A stretch of 64,000 nucleotides of DNA from the NCBI GenBank assembly GCA_014874265.1, contig JACWAM010000018.1, positions 5,955 to 69,954 of the forward strand. The letters are read 5' to 3'. Source of the stretch: Thermoleophilia bacterium (GTDB taxonomy: Bacteria; Actinomycetota; Thermoleophilia; BMS3ABIN01). Shown one piece after another: positions 28,342 through 39,118 of this stretch (positions within the stretch are counted from its first letter, which is position 1; each line of letters starts with the position of its first letter). Both the position numbers and the translations under genes were made by a program. Under the pieces are notes generated by a model. That model ran no database searches. It worked only from the letters and a program-made list of their open reading frames with translations, and had not been told where the DNA came from.

Positions 28342-29391
28342 TCAAATGGGCAACGCCGGCGCAGCCTCTTTGACGGTCAAGACGCCGGTAGCGATTCCAG
28401 CGGTTGCCATCAGCAGTGCGGCTCCTATTGAAGCGGCCAGGCGGATCGGCCAGCCCCGGCTGGAAGCTCCAGATTCAGTGGCAGCTTTTATGGCTTGCGG
28501 CTCTTTAATGGAAGAAGAGGCGAAGGCTGGTGGGAAAACCACGGTACCGGAATCAGGTTCGATTTCCGGTGGCGTGGTTGAAACTACCGATTTTACCGAC
28601 AAGGCTGCTTCCCGGCTGGCGGAATCCGCCGCCTCTGATACGGCGCGAGAATGTGACGGCTCCGCCATCGCCGGTATCTTGTGCGCCGCACTGCTTACGC
28701 CGGTGGCGCGCGCAGTTACTCCCGCGCCGGAATTTGCCGTTGTGCCTGAAAGGTGGTTGACGCCCGCCGGTGGCGTCGGCGGCGAGCCTGCATTCGGAAC
28801 CGGCGCCGGTTCCGGGACTGCACCCGGGGCCTGACCCGTCGGGGACGAGTTTGTTTGGTGATCGGCGGGAATATCTTTCAGATACAAGAGAGGATTATAG
28901 TAATGGTCAAATGCGTCACCGGCGCTCCCGGTCTTAATGCCGAAGTGTATCGCCGGCCCGATGCTGGAAGCAATCGTTTCTCCCTGGGAGACCTTCTGGC
29001 TGGGCGCCACCCGAACTCCCGTCAGATGCAGATAAGTACTGATCAGGCCGCCGGGATGCGCGATTGAAACAGTGGCGCCGCCCCCTTCGGCGGGAGTGTA
29101 TCCGGTAAACAAAACGGTGCCCGCGGCAGCCGCCTTGACTTCGCTGCCTCGGGGAGCGGCAATGTCAACACCGCGGTGTCCCTTGCCCGTTAAGCAATTG
29201 AGACTCCAGGTATTTGTGATATTTGCCTCGACGGGCCAGATAACGCCATCGGGCGGAAGCGGCGGACTGGATCCACAAAATGTCACAGCCATAGCGGCTT
29301 CGGGCAGGCAATACAAAAAACCAGTAAAAAATAACAGCATCCACGTCCGCTTCCACATGTTCGCCTCCGCTTCATCAGCAACCGTTGTCAT
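28342..29391 (-). CDS. M23/LytM-family peptidase, secreted
   Basis: HRGVDIAAPRGSEVKAAAAGTV...IAHPGGLISTYLHL with an N-terminal TM/signal segment and a Pro/Ala/Ser-rich linker. Confidence 0.8.
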   Translation of the reverse strand: MTTVADEAEANMWKRTWMLLFFTGFLYCLPEAAMAVTFCGSSPPLPPDGVIWPVEANITNTWSLNCLTGKGHRGVDIAAPRGSEVKAAAAGTVLFTGYTPAEGGGATVSIAHPGGLISTYLHLTGVRVAPSQKVSQGETIASSIGPAIHFGIKTGSAGDAFDHYYNPLLYLKDIPADHQTNSSPTGQAPGAVPEPAPVPNAGSPPTPPAGVNHLSGTTANSGAGVTARATGVSSAAHKIPAMAEPSHSRAVSEAADSASREAALSVKSVVSTTPPEIEPDSGTVVFPPAFASSSIKEPQAIKAATESGASSRGWPIRLAASIGAALLMATAGIATGVLTVKEAAPALPI

Positions 29392-29497
29392 AATAGACGA
29401 CGAATGAAACCTATCAAAGATATGCTGTAATTACAATAGGGATTAACGGGCTAACGCAAAGCAAATGTGCAAATAGCGGTATATTTTAGCGGTCCAT

Positions 29498-30973
29498 TTA
29501 GCCAAGAATCTCTTTAACGACCGCGCTGTCGCTGAACGGAACCGGTCCAGCCGCCAGCATTTGTTTTGTTTCATGGCCCTTTCCGGCAATGAGAACCAGG
29601 TCGCCGTCCCCGGCCGACTTAAGCGCAGTTTCGATGGCAAGGCGCCTGTCTTCGACCCGCAGGTAATTTCCACCGGACTCTGCCAGACCCGGCTCGGTCT
29701 CATCCATAATCTGCCCAGCAGGCTCCTGGTAGCAATCGTCAGTAGTTAATATGGCTAGGTCAGCCATCATGCCGGCAATCCGGCCCATGCCGGGGCGTTT
29801 GTCACGGTCGCGTTCACCCGGGCAACCAAAGACGAGGATCAGATTCCGCTCCGTCATCCGCCGCGCCGCCGCCAGAGCCCGCTCCAGCCCGTCTTCGTTG
29901 TGGGCGTAATCAACAACAACCGTGAACGGGGCACCTGCGTCGATAAAGTCGAATCTACCGGGGACGCGGGACAGCTGCCCGATGCCGGCCGTTATTGATT
30001 GCAAGGGAACGCCGAGCTGACAGGCCGCTGCCGCGGCGGCCATCGCGTTGTCCAGATTGTGGCGCCCCGGCAGCTGAAGCCGCGCCGGCGCCGATCCGTC
30101 AGGAGTCACCAGCTCAAACGTGTAGCCGCGACCAATTTCCCGGATGTCTACGGCAGTCACGCTGGCGTCGTTAACCCAGCCAAATCCAAGCGCTTCTCCT
30201 TCTTTTAGCTCCCGGTACAGCCGCCGGCCATACTCGCCGTCGAGGCATATGGCGGCCTGCGGCCTCCTGATTTCTTGACCGGGGCAGGTTTGACCCTCTT
30301 CCGGGATAAACAGTTTCCTCTTGGTCAGAAAGTAGGTTTCCATATCCTGGTGCAGGTCCAGGTGGTCCCGGGTCAGATTAGTGAAAACAGCCACGTCGAA
30401 AGCAACGCAGGCAGAGCGTTTGAGATCGATCCCGTGTGATGATACCTCCAGCGTCGCAAAGCCGGCGCCTGCCGCGACCATTTCCGCCAGCGCCCGTTGC
30501 AGATCAGGCGACTCGGGAGTGGTCCGCGCGGCCGGAGCAACCTTGCTGGCGATCCGGCACTCAACGCCGCCGATGAGCCCAGTCAGGTTTCCGGCAGCCC
30601 GCAGAATGCTGTCCAGCAGAAACGTGGTAGTCGTTTTTCCATTGGTCCCGGTAACGCCGGTGACCGTCAGCCGGCGGGACGGCCGGCCATAAAAATTAGC
30701 AGACGCGGCCGCCATGGCCAGGCGGGTATCGCGAACCTGGACCTGCGGCAGGCCGAGCCCCTCCACCCAGCGTTCGGTAACGATGGCGCCGGTGCCGCGC
30801 GCCCGGGCGTCGGCAACATAAGAATGGCCGTCAGTCTTGAATCCGGGCAGGGCAAAAAAAAGTGCGCCCGGTTCGACCTGGCGCGAATCATAGGTAATGG
30901 CTGAGATTTCCGGCTCGGGGTCCACTGTCTGGCGGACAATGAGACTGACGGGAAGAATTTTCGAGAGCTTCAT
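29498..30973 (-). CDS. murE: UDP-N-acetylmuramoyl-L-alanyl-D-glutamate--2,6-diaminopimelate ligase
   Basis: 491 aa Mur ligase with GTNGKTTT P-loop and MurE-type N-terminus. Confidence 0.85.
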   Translation of the reverse strand: MKLSKILPVSLIVRQTVDPEPEISAITYDSRQVEPGALFFALPGFKTDGHSYVADARARGTGAIVTERWVEGLGLPQVQVRDTRLAMAAASANFYGRPSRRLTVTGVTGTNGKTTTTFLLDSILRAAGNLTGLIGGVECRIASKVAPAARTTPESPDLQRALAEMVAAGAGFATLEVSSHGIDLKRSACVAFDVAVFTNLTRDHLDLHQDMETYFLTKRKLFIPEEGQTCPGQEIRRPQAAICLDGEYGRRLYRELKEGEALGFGWVNDASVTAVDIREIGRGYTFELVTPDGSAPARLQLPGRHNLDNAMAAAAAACQLGVPLQSITAGIGQLSRVPGRFDFIDAGAPFTVVVDYAHNEDGLERALAAARRMTERNLILVFGCPGERDRDKRPGMGRIAGMMADLAILTTDDCYQEPAGQIMDETEPGLAESGGNYLRVEDRRLAIETALKSAGDGDLVLIAGKGHETKQMLAAGPVPFSDSAVVKEILG

Positions 30974-30999
30974 CGGATCCTGCGGACTATTATCATAAG

Positions 31000-32163
31000 T
31001 TACGCCGATTCGCCTTCCTCAACGACATTGCCATCCAGAAAGTTCTGAGGCTGCTCGGCCGCAACTATTTCTTCTGAATCAACGATTTTCTTCTCCAGAA
31101 TGGGCCTGTCCCATTTCTCGAGGATAAATTCCTCCTTCACAAACTTGACGACAGCGTTGATGACCGCTACGGTCGGCACTGCCAGCAGCGCTCCCAGGAA
31201 GCCACCAAAGGTAGCTCCGCTGAGGACGGCAAACATGACCCACAGCGGATGGACGCCGACGCTCTTGCCCATAATCTTGGGCACCAGAATCTGGCCTTCC
31301 AGTTGCTGGGCTACCAGAAACATGCCAATGACGATGAGCGCATGAATCCCGCCGCCGGCCAGCCAGGCCAGGATGACCGCCGGGGTCATGCCCAGAAAAG
31401 GGCCCACGAAGGGAATCACCTCCGTCAGGAATACCCAAACGCCAACGATGGCAGCGTAACCGCCGCCCCCATATAACGCGATGGAACCCCCGATGACACC
31501 CATGCAGGAAGAGATGATGAATTGTCCGCGGAGGTAGCTGCCCAGCGCATGCTGCAACTGGCTGAAAAGGCAGACGGCGTCCGGACGGAATTTCTCCGGA
31601 AGTGCATTCTTGACAGCCCGCTTGATCCGGCGCGCGTCGACCAGCATATAAATTGATATGACCAGGATGATCAGGGAGTTAAAGCCAATCCTGCCGATAG
31701 TCGTGGCGACTCCGAGCGAGGCGGTGGCGGCGGATTCTGCCAGCGATTCCAGGCGCGTGGCAACATCCTGCGCCGTGATGTTTGGCTTGAAAGGAAAATT
31801 AACCTGTCGGAACCAGTGCTGGATGCTCTCGACCAGGTTCTGGACCCTGCCGGCATATGAAGGCAGGTTGCCGATCAGGTTGTTTAGTTCATTAATTACC
31901 ATCGGGATGATCAAGGCCAGCAAACCGCCGACGATGGCGAGAATGACCAGCCAGACGGCCAGCGCCGCCAGCAGTCTTGGCAGCTTCAGCCTGTCTTGTA
32001 AAAAACTTACCGGCACGTCGAGAACAAACGCCAGCACGGCGGCCAAAATGAACAGTATGACGATGTCCCGGAGAGCGCTGATAAACCAGAGTCCCAGGAT
32101 CGCCGCGGCGGGCAACAAAAAATACTGCACATATTTGGGAACAAGTATTTTTTCTCTGGTCAA
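31000..32163 (-). CDS. AI-2E family transporter (UPF0118)
   Basis: 387 aa multi-TM protein with typical AI-2E organisation. Confidence 0.7.
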   Translation of the reverse strand: MTREKILVPKYVQYFLLPAAAILGLWFISALRDIVILFILAAVLAFVLDVPVSFLQDRLKLPRLLAALAVWLVILAIVGGLLALIIPMVINELNNLIGNLPSYAGRVQNLVESIQHWFRQVNFPFKPNITAQDVATRLESLAESAATASLGVATTIGRIGFNSLIILVISIYMLVDARRIKRAVKNALPEKFRPDAVCLFSQLQHALGSYLRGQFIISSCMGVIGGSIALYGGGGYAAIVGVWVFLTEVIPFVGPFLGMTPAVILAWLAGGGIHALIVIGMFLVAQQLEGQILVPKIMGKSVGVHPLWVMFAVLSGATFGGFLGALLAVPTVAVINAVVKFVKEEFILEKWDRPILEKKIVDSEEIVAAEQPQNFLDGNVVEEGESA

Positions 32164-32216
32164 CGGCCTTACCTCAGCCGATCAGTAGCATATTTACTTA
32201 TGCCGGATACCGGTGT

Positions 32217-33329
32217 TTATTGCTCGCCGGTTGTCTCTTCGAGCGGCGGCAGGCTGTCTTCATGCCATTTTTCCAGTGAGACCCTGCTCCGGAAGAAAGA
32301 GATTATCTCGCGCCCCAGCGCCACCAAGGGGAGCGCCAGAATGATGCCGCTAAACCCCCGCAGCTCAGCGCCGGCCAGCATCGCAAAGATAACGACAAGT
32401 GGGTGAACGCCGACCGCAGAGCCCATGATATTGGGCACCAGAATATGGGCCTCGACCTCTTGGATAAAAATAAACACGCCCACGACTGCCAGAGCGGCCC
32501 AGGGAGAGGCAAACAGGGCCGTAATCACGGGCGGCACGGCTCCCAGGATCGGTCCCAGATAGGGAATAAACTCGGTGAGACCGGCCCAGGCTCCAAAAAA
32601 GACACTGTATTTAGCGCCCTCGGGCCAGATGCCGATCAGCCCCAGGAACCAGATGCCGATGCCGACGCTCAGTCCTATCAGAAAGCTTAGCAGGGCCTGC
32701 GCCTGAATCCAATGAGTCACCGCCCGTTGCGTCCGGGAGACAAATTCATCTGCGTCCGCCTGCAGCCCCTGCGGGAAGAGGCTTCTGACGAATCTTCCGA
32801 TCCGTTTGGCATCTAGCAGCATATAGATGGAAATAACGATGATGATTAAAAACTGTGACAGGTCGCCGACTACATTGATCGAGTAGGCAAGAATGGATGG
32901 CCCCAGATCTAGCAAGGCTCCAGAGATGCGGTCCGCGAGCCGGTTGATTTCCTGACCAACATCGAAGGGAAGATTAAGCCGCACAAGCGCCGTTTTCCAG
33001 CTCTCAATCTGATGGCGGACCGTCTCGGCGTAGCTGGGGAAGTTGTTGATAAGCTGCTGCAATTGATTAATGGTCGGTGGAATGACCACAATGAAGAAGA
33101 CGACGATCGCCGCCAGGAGCGCCAGGTAAACGATGAAGACGCCGAGATAACGGGGGATGTGCACGTCCTCAAGTCTTCGCACCAGCGGGTTGAGCATCAA
33201 CGAGATGATGCCGGCGCTCAGGAAAATAAATAGCGCCGTGGTAATCATGGACGCTGTAAACCAGACCAGGATGATGAGCACCGGCAGGCCCACCATTTGC
33301 ATCCATCTGGGTATACGGATCTTCAACAA
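32217..33329 (-). CDS. AI-2E family transporter (UPF0118), paralog
   Basis: 370 aa, similar TM pattern; tandem paralog of the preceding gene. Confidence 0.7.
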   Translation of the reverse strand: MLKIRIPRWMQMVGLPVLIILVWFTASMITTALFIFLSAGIISLMLNPLVRRLEDVHIPRYLGVFIVYLALLAAIVVFFIVVIPPTINQLQQLINNFPSYAETVRHQIESWKTALVRLNLPFDVGQEINRLADRISGALLDLGPSILAYSINVVGDLSQFLIIIVISIYMLLDAKRIGRFVRSLFPQGLQADADEFVSRTQRAVTHWIQAQALLSFLIGLSVGIGIWFLGLIGIWPEGAKYSVFFGAWAGLTEFIPYLGPILGAVPPVITALFASPWAALAVVGVFIFIQEVEAHILVPNIMGSAVGVHPLVVIFAMLAGAELRGFSGIILALPLVALGREIISFFRSRVSLEKWHEDSLPPLEETTGEQ

Positions 33330-33627
33330 ATGCTCCCTGATCGCGTTGCAGGCAGATCGCGGATCAGCCCGAACGGCTGGACGGCTCCATTAGCTTTCCG
33401 GGTCCGCCTTCCCGGCCTAGCCAGCTGCTTGACGCTAAAGGCCAACTGCGAATCACCGCACCATGATTTTATCAATATATCAGCATTGTTCACGATTTTT
33501 CTGTCTTCGGTAATTACGCTCGGCTCAGTAAGGATGACCTTTAACCCCAGATTCCAAGCAACACAACTTTGTATCATTTGACACAAAGGGGGTTGAAAAA
33601 AAATATAGAGATGGTTTAATTACCACA

Positions 33628-34389
33628 ATGGCTTCACGGCCCCAAACTTACAAGCCGCGGTTTGCCGGCAGATACCGGTATAAATGGCACTCCGCGGCTT
33701 TTCTTGCGGCTATGTTTGTCATTGCGGTGCTGGCGCTTGGCGTCACTCTCGTATCTTCGAGGGCGTCGTCAAGTCCCCTGCTTGATAACGAAACCATGTC
33801 CGCCGCAAGAGAGATGGCATCCATGATGTCGCCGAAGCAGATTCCACTGGCCCAGGCCGGGAACCTGCAATTAATGCTGCCAATTTACGAGAAAGCCGTC
33901 ACGGTCATTGGTTTCCAGCCCGTTAACGACGCAAATGTTGTCGCTCTTACACCCATGGGGCGTCAGGTGGACGGTCCGTCCGGCCTTCAGGCTCTGGGCA
34001 AAATTTCGCCGCAGGATGGTCCTCAATACGTGGTGCTTGACGGAGGCGATGAGTCGGGATCACAGATCGGGGAAATGGATGTCGGGGCTCCGGCTGGCAG
34101 CTCTGTATTTGCCCCGGTCGATGGGGTTGTCGTGGGCATTTCGGATTACAGTATCGATGGGCAATGTCCAGATATCATGGTACAGATTCAGCCACAGGCA
34201 CAAACGCAGGTGCTGGTAGTACTGAGTCATGTTGATCAGCCGGTGATCAGTCTGGGACAACCGGTCAGGTCCGGCGTCACCAGGATCGGCACTGTCCGGG
34301 GTCTGGACGGATGCCTCGATCAGCCCCTCAAACAATACACCTCCGATAACGGCAACCACCTGCAATTGCAGGTGGAAGCAGTCAATTAA
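33628..34389 (+). CDS. membrane-anchored hypothetical protein with degenerate LytM/lipoyl-like C-domain
   Basis: N-terminal TM helix. C-terminal GAPAGSSVFAPVDGVVVGI...VLSHVDQPVISLGQPVRSGVTRIGTV resembles the M23 barrel but lacks the metal-binding His residues. Confidence 0.4.
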   Translation: MASRPQTYKPRFAGRYRYKWHSAAFLAAMFVIAVLALGVTLVSSRASSSPLLDNETMSAAREMASMMSPKQIPLAQAGNLQLMLPIYEKAVTVIGFQPVNDANVVALTPMGRQVDGPSGLQALGKISPQDGPQYVVLDGGDESGSQIGEMDVGAPAGSSVFAPVDGVVVGISDYSIDGQCPDIMVQIQPQAQTQVLVVLSHVDQPVISLGQPVRSGVTRIGTVRGLDGCLDQPLKQYTSDNGNHLQLQVEAVN

Positions 34390-34413
34390 AGCAACGTGCG
34401 GGTCTTCTAAGCG

Positions 34414-35235
34414 ATGGTTTTACCGGAGATTCCCGAGGCCACCTGGGCGGTAATTGGCGGCTCCGGCATTCAAGCTTCTGAATTTCCCGAAGATGCCGGA
34501 AGCAGCGCCAAGGTACTGGACCAGGATCTCATCTTTACTACACCCTACGGCGATTCGCCGCCTTTTAAATTATTTGCGACGGCCGCCGGCCGGCGCTGCC
34601 TCACGGTGCGGCTGCATGGATGGCGTCATGGCGCCAGCCGGGGGCAAGCTTCCCGGAAGGTATTCTGGGTGCTGGCCCAGGCAGGGGTAAAACGCATCTT
34701 TTCCGAGGCGGGAGCCGGCAGTCTGAACCCGTTGCTGGACCCTCGCGACATCGTCATACCCGACGATTTTATTGATCTGACCAAAGACAGAGGCTCGGAA
34801 ACAGTCGTTGGTGGACGCCTGCTAATCATGCGCGATCCGGTGTGCGCCGTGCTTGGTGGCGCCCTTGCCAAAGCCGCCGACCGGCACGCCCGCGGCCGCG
34901 TCTTCGGCCGCGGCACCTGTGTCGTTACTGAAGGCCCCCGGTTTGAAAGCCGGGCCGAGATCCGGATGATGCAACCGTACGGGGATATTATCGGTCAAAG
35001 TATGTGCCCGGAAGTCTGGCTGGCGCGGGATATCGGCGCTTGTTACGCCTCGCTTTATCTCGTCGTCAACTACGCCGAAGGCGTCGTGCGCAACTGGGAG
35101 CATTCGCTTCTGAAGGAAATCTTTCAGGAAGATGCTGTCAATCAATCACGGATTCTTCTGGAAGCGCTGGACGCCGTGGACGAGGCCCGCTCCTGCTCCT
35201 GCTCCGGGCTTGGAAAACCAACGCTGCTGGGCTGA
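34414..35235 (+). CDS. S-methyl-5'-thioadenosine/purine nucleoside phosphorylase family protein
   Basis: 273 aa with AVIGGSG and SMCPEVWLARDIGACYASLYLVVNYAEG (PNP/MTAP family). Confidence 0.7.
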   Translation: MVLPEIPEATWAVIGGSGIQASEFPEDAGSSAKVLDQDLIFTTPYGDSPPFKLFATAAGRRCLTVRLHGWRHGASRGQASRKVFWVLAQAGVKRIFSEAGAGSLNPLLDPRDIVIPDDFIDLTKDRGSETVVGGRLLIMRDPVCAVLGGALAKAADRHARGRVFGRGTCVVTEGPRFESRAEIRMMQPYGDIIGQSMCPEVWLARDIGACYASLYLVVNYAEGVVRNWEHSLLKEIFQEDAVNQSRILLEALDAVDEARSCSCSGLGKPTLLG

Positions 35236-35337
35236 CGCTTTTCGCGGCTTCAGCTTGAATTTCTCCGGTCTTGAGGAAGTGAAAAATTGCTTGGCGCCTG
35301 GCGCCCGACAGCGAAAAATTGAATGCCTTTCTTGACT

Positions 35338-36771
35338 TTACCCTTTGATTACTCCCAGTGGCCGCAGTTTCGCTACCCTGAGCGATAACCCCGCATGATG
35401 GCAGATGTCAACTACTTTGTTAACGTCTTTATAAGCCTCTGGAGCTTCTTCCGCTAGCGCTCTGGTGCTGCCGGCCCTGACGGTGATCCCCTGCGCCTCC
35501 AGGCGCTGCTTTAATTCATGGCCATCGATCATTCGTTTGGCTGCCCGCCTGCCCATAACCCGGCCGGCGCCATGGCAGGTGGAGCCGAAGCTGGCGGTCA
35601 TCGCCGCGGGCGCGCCCTTTAGCAAATAGGAAGCGGTTCCCATGTCGCCGGGAACGATGACCGGCTGGCCCACCGACCGGTAGCGGACGGGAGTGTCCGG
35701 GTGGCCTGCGGGGAAGGAGCGGGTGGCTCCTTTCCGGTGAACGCAGAGTTTCATCCTCTCCCCTCCCACTTCGTGCTCCTCGAATTTGGCCACATTATGT
35801 GACAAATCATAAATAAGGTCAAGTCCCAGTCTTTCTGACGGCGATTTAAAGATGTTCTGAAAGGATTCGCGCACAAGGTGCGTCATCACCTGGCGGTTGC
35901 ACCGGGCGAAATTGACCGCGCAGGCCATTGCCGCGTAGTAATTGTGGCCCTCGGGGCTTTCAATCGGGGCGCATGCCAGCTGCCGGTCCGGCAGATCGAT
36001 GCCGGCGCGGGCCGCCGCGCCGCCCATTGTTTTCACAAACTCGGTGCAGATCTGGTGTCCGAGTCCGCGGGAACCGGTGTGGATCATCACGCACAGCTGA
36101 TCTTTGAAAACGCCAAAGGCGTCGGCCGCCTCATTGTCAAAAACCTCTTCAACGATCTGCACCTCGGCGAAGTGGTTACCGGCGCCCAGGGTACCCGGCT
36201 GGTCCAGTCCCCGCTGGCGCGCGCGGGCGCTGACAAGATCCGGATTGGCGCCCTCCAGACAGCCGCCGTCCTCGATCGATTCTAAATCTTCCGAGCGGCC
36301 AAATCCCCGCTTGATCGCCCAGGATACGCCGCCGGTCATCAGATCGTCCAACTCTTTCTGTTTCAGCCGGATATTCCCGCCGCGGCCGACCCCCGCTGGA
36401 ATCATCCGGGAAAGCTCATGCACCAGGGCCGGCAGCTGGTCTTTTATTTCGGGAACGGGCAGATTGGTTTTCAGCAGGCGGACGCCACAGGCTATGTCGT
36501 AACCGACACCGCCGGGAGAGATGACGCCGCCGTCCATCCGGAAGGCGGCAACCCCACCGATGGCAAAGCCGTAGCCCCAATGAATGTCAGGCATCGCCAG
36601 AGAGGCCTTGACAATACCGGGAAGACAGGCGACGTTCATGACCTGGTCCATTGCCTTTTCTTCCCGAGCTTTTTCCATCAGCTGGCGGTCGGCGAAGATC
36701 CGGCCCGGGACGAGCATGTTGCCGGTGCGGGGAATCTCCCAGAGATATGGATTTAGCTCAACCAGTTCCAT
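35338..36771 (-). CDS. rtcB: RNA-splicing ligase RtcB
   Basis: 477 aa with PDIHWGYGFAIGGVAAF and GAGNHF, C-terminal HxAGR. Confidence 0.9.
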   Translation of the reverse strand: MELVELNPYLWEIPRTGNMLVPGRIFADRQLMEKAREEKAMDQVMNVACLPGIVKASLAMPDIHWGYGFAIGGVAAFRMDGGVISPGGVGYDIACGVRLLKTNLPVPEIKDQLPALVHELSRMIPAGVGRGGNIRLKQKELDDLMTGGVSWAIKRGFGRSEDLESIEDGGCLEGANPDLVSARARQRGLDQPGTLGAGNHFAEVQIVEEVFDNEAADAFGVFKDQLCVMIHTGSRGLGHQICTEFVKTMGGAAARAGIDLPDRQLACAPIESPEGHNYYAAMACAVNFARCNRQVMTHLVRESFQNIFKSPSERLGLDLIYDLSHNVAKFEEHEVGGERMKLCVHRKGATRSFPAGHPDTPVRYRSVGQPVIVPGDMGTASYLLKGAPAAMTASFGSTCHGAGRVMGRRAAKRMIDGHELKQRLEAQGITVRAGSTRALAEEAPEAYKDVNKVVDICHHAGLSLRVAKLRPLGVIKG

Positions 36772-36810
36772 GTTTTCCCCACTTGCAGATTAAGAATCTC
36801 CGCAGGAGGC

Positions 36811-37233
36811 CTAAACGTCAAAAATTACTTCAGTCACCCATCTGTCCTCAGATTGCTCCACCCTCAGCTGGTAATAGGTGGCGGCCTTGATATCTGTCTT
36901 GATCTCGACCGGGCTTTCCGATATTGGAGCGCCATAAGCAACTCCCTTGAGCCTGGTTACGCCCAACTCATCGATGTGAAAACGTTTTAAAATGACGCCG
37001 TTGCTTTCATACGTGTACAGAAGTTCGTTGAGCCATTCAACCAGGAGTGTCTCGTGTTCTTCCTCTTCTGCTTCCACTTCCACCGGAAATTCCAGCCTGG
37101 CCCCCACTTTCTCAAGATCAGCAATCAGGCAGAACATGCCGTAGGCGGCATTTTCAAAGGCTTCGACTTCGGTAGAACCAAAGGCTCGAATGCCAATGTC
37201 GGCAGTGTGCTCGATTGTCTCAAATGATTTCAT
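36811..37233 (-). CDS. archease (RtcB activator)
   Basis: 140 aa, MKSFETIEHTADIGIRAFGST. Located directly upstream of rtcB. Confidence 0.85.
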   Translation of the reverse strand: MKSFETIEHTADIGIRAFGSTEVEAFENAAYGMFCLIADLEKVGARLEFPVEVEAEEEEHETLLVEWLNELLYTYESNGVILKRFHIDELGVTRLKGVAYGAPISESPVEIKTDIKAATYYQLRVEQSEDRWVTEVIFDV

Positions 37234-37310
37234 ATGCGGGTATATTTATGCCAAGTCTCAGTAATTGGAGTTAAATTCACCGGTATTGATTTATATCGCT
37301 AAATTAATAC

Positions 37311-37339
37311 TTGACAAAAGCTCTAGGCCACGATATAAT
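37311..37339 (+). promoter_or_regulatory. sigma-A-type promoter TTGACA-17-TATAAT upstream of the Rrf2 regulator/cysK operon
   Basis: ttgacaaaagctctaggccacgatataat inside an AT-rich island. GGAG RBS precedes ATG 37390. Confidence 0.6.
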
Positions 37340-37389
37340 TCACGAAAGATTAAAGCTGATAATACCTATCAAATTTATGGAGTTATCGT

Positions 37390-37830
37390 ATGAACATTTC
37401 AGCTAAGAGCAAGTATGCGGTACGAGCCCTGGTTGAACTGGCGCAGCACAATGGCGGAGCCCCGGTGCCGATTGGTGACATTGCGTCCAGGCGTGACATC
37501 CCCCTTCAGTTCTTGGAACAGCTTTTTTCTAGTCTCCGTAAAGCCGGAATCTTAAACAGCCATCGTGGCGTCCGTGGCGGTTTCAGTTTTAAAAAGCTTC
37601 CGGAAGACGTCAGCGTGCTCGATGTGGTGGAAATTCTTGACGGGAATATTGCTCCCGCTGCCTGCACAATCGGCGGCGAATGCGACAAGCTGAGCCGTTG
37701 CGCGGTTCGCGACGTCTGGGTTGACGCCAAAAAAAGCCTAGAACAGGCGCTTGGCGCCTCCAGCATCGCCGAGCTTGCCGACCGGGAGCAGGCGATGCAG
37801 GAGAATGTCCGGGAGATGTATTACATCTAA
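37390..37830 (+). CDS. Rrf2-family transcriptional regulator (CymR/IscR-like, 3 Cys)
   Basis: MNISAKSKYAVRALVELA... with Cys ligands CTIGGECDKLSRC. Confidence 0.8.
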   Translation: MNISAKSKYAVRALVELAQHNGGAPVPIGDIASRRDIPLQFLEQLFSSLRKAGILNSHRGVRGGFSFKKLPEDVSVLDVVEILDGNIAPAACTIGGECDKLSRCAVRDVWVDAKKSLEQALGASSIAELADREQAMQENVREMYYI

Positions 37831-37867
37831 AGTCGCGGCAAGGTTTTACTGTTAAGGAGGTTGGGTT

Positions 37868-38824
37868 ATGAGAACTGTCGAAACCGGGGCAAAAACCATA
37901 GTTGATGATGTAACTGAACTGATAGGCAACACGCCGATGATCAGGTTACGGCGGCTTGGCGGGGATCAGGCCGGCATGGTCGTGGCGAAGCTTGAGAGTT
38001 TTAATCCGGGTGGCAGCGTCAAGGACCGGATCGGGATTGCCATGATCGAAGCGGCCGAGCACGACGGCAAGATCGTGCCCGGCCAGACCGTCATAATCGA
38101 ACCCACTAGCGGCAACACCGGCATCGCGCTGGCGTTCGTCTGCGCCGCCAAAGGTTACCGTTTAATCCTGACCATGCCCGAAACTATGAGTATTGAGCGG
38201 CGGTCCCTTCTGAAGGCGTTCGGCGCCGAGCTGATTCTAACCCCGGGCCCGGGGGGCATGCGTGGAGCAGTGGAAAAAGCCGAGGAGTTAATCGGCCTTT
38301 ATGATGACGCATTCGTGCCGCAGCAGTTCAATAATCCCGCCAATCCAGAGGTGCATCGGCAATCGACCGCAGAGGAAATCTGGCGTGACACGCAGGGCGC
38401 CGTCGACATCTTTGTGTCGGCCGTCGGTACCGGCGGCACCATTACGGGTGTTGGCGAAGTGATCAAGGAAAGAAAACCCTCCGCGAGGGTAATCGCCGTG
38501 GAGCCCAAGGCGTCGCCGGTGCTTTCCGGCGGCGAAGCCGGACCGCACCGGATTCAGGGCATCGGCGCGGGCTTTGTTCCGGATGTGCTCAATACCGGAA
38601 TTTATGATGAGGTTGTCCAGGTGAGTAATGAAGAGGCCGAGCAGATGGCCCGGCGGCTGGCGCTCGAGGAAGGACTGCTCTGCGGTATCTCCTCAGGGGC
38701 GGCTGCTTTTGGAGCGCTCACGGTTGCGCGCCGGCCCGAAAATAAGGATAAAATGACGGTAGTCCTTCTTCCGGACACGGGAGAACGATATCTGACCACG
38801 CAATTGTTTGGCGATGCCAGATAG
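37868..38824 (+). CDS. cysK: cysteine synthase (CysK/CysM-type PLP enzyme)
   Basis: 318 aa with PLP lysine GGSVKDR and SGNTG. CysK vs CysM cannot be assigned. Confidence 0.85.
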   Translation: MRTVETGAKTIVDDVTELIGNTPMIRLRRLGGDQAGMVVAKLESFNPGGSVKDRIGIAMIEAAEHDGKIVPGQTVIIEPTSGNTGIALAFVCAAKGYRLILTMPETMSIERRSLLKAFGAELILTPGPGGMRGAVEKAEELIGLYDDAFVPQQFNNPANPEVHRQSTAEEIWRDTQGAVDIFVSAVGTGGTITGVGEVIKERKPSARVIAVEPKASPVLSGGEAGPHRIQGIGAGFVPDVLNTGIYDEVVQVSNEEAEQMARRLALEEGLLCGISSGAAAFGALTVARRPENKDKMTVVLLPDTGERYLTTQLFGDAR

Positions 38825-38877
38825 GAACGGCGCCCGGGCAGGCGGTTTCTTCAAGGCAATTCCTGCGGGAGGTAGAT

Positions 38878-39117
38878 TTGAATATCAAGGAGGATTTCCT
38901 GCTGGACGCACGCGGTCTCAAGTGCCCCATGCCTTCGGTAAAGACCGCCCTCGCGCTTGAGCAGCTGGGCGGGGGCGGGATTGTCAAGGTGATGATTGAC
39001 GATCCGGTAAGTAAAAAGGATCTGCCGGCGTGGGTGCGCGGAAACGGCCACCAGGTGTTAGGCATTGACGACCGGGATGGTTTTGTTGAGGTATACGTTA
39101 AAAAATCCGGAGGTTAG
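38878..39117 (+). CDS. tusA: TusA-like sulfurtransferase
   Basis: 79 aa, LDARGLKCPMPSVKTALALEQL, CPxP motif. Confidence 0.8.
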   Translation: MNIKEDFLLDARGLKCPMPSVKTALALEQLGGGGIVKVMIDDPVSKKDLPAWVRGNGHQVLGIDDRDGFVEVYVKKSGG

Positions 39118-39118
39118 C

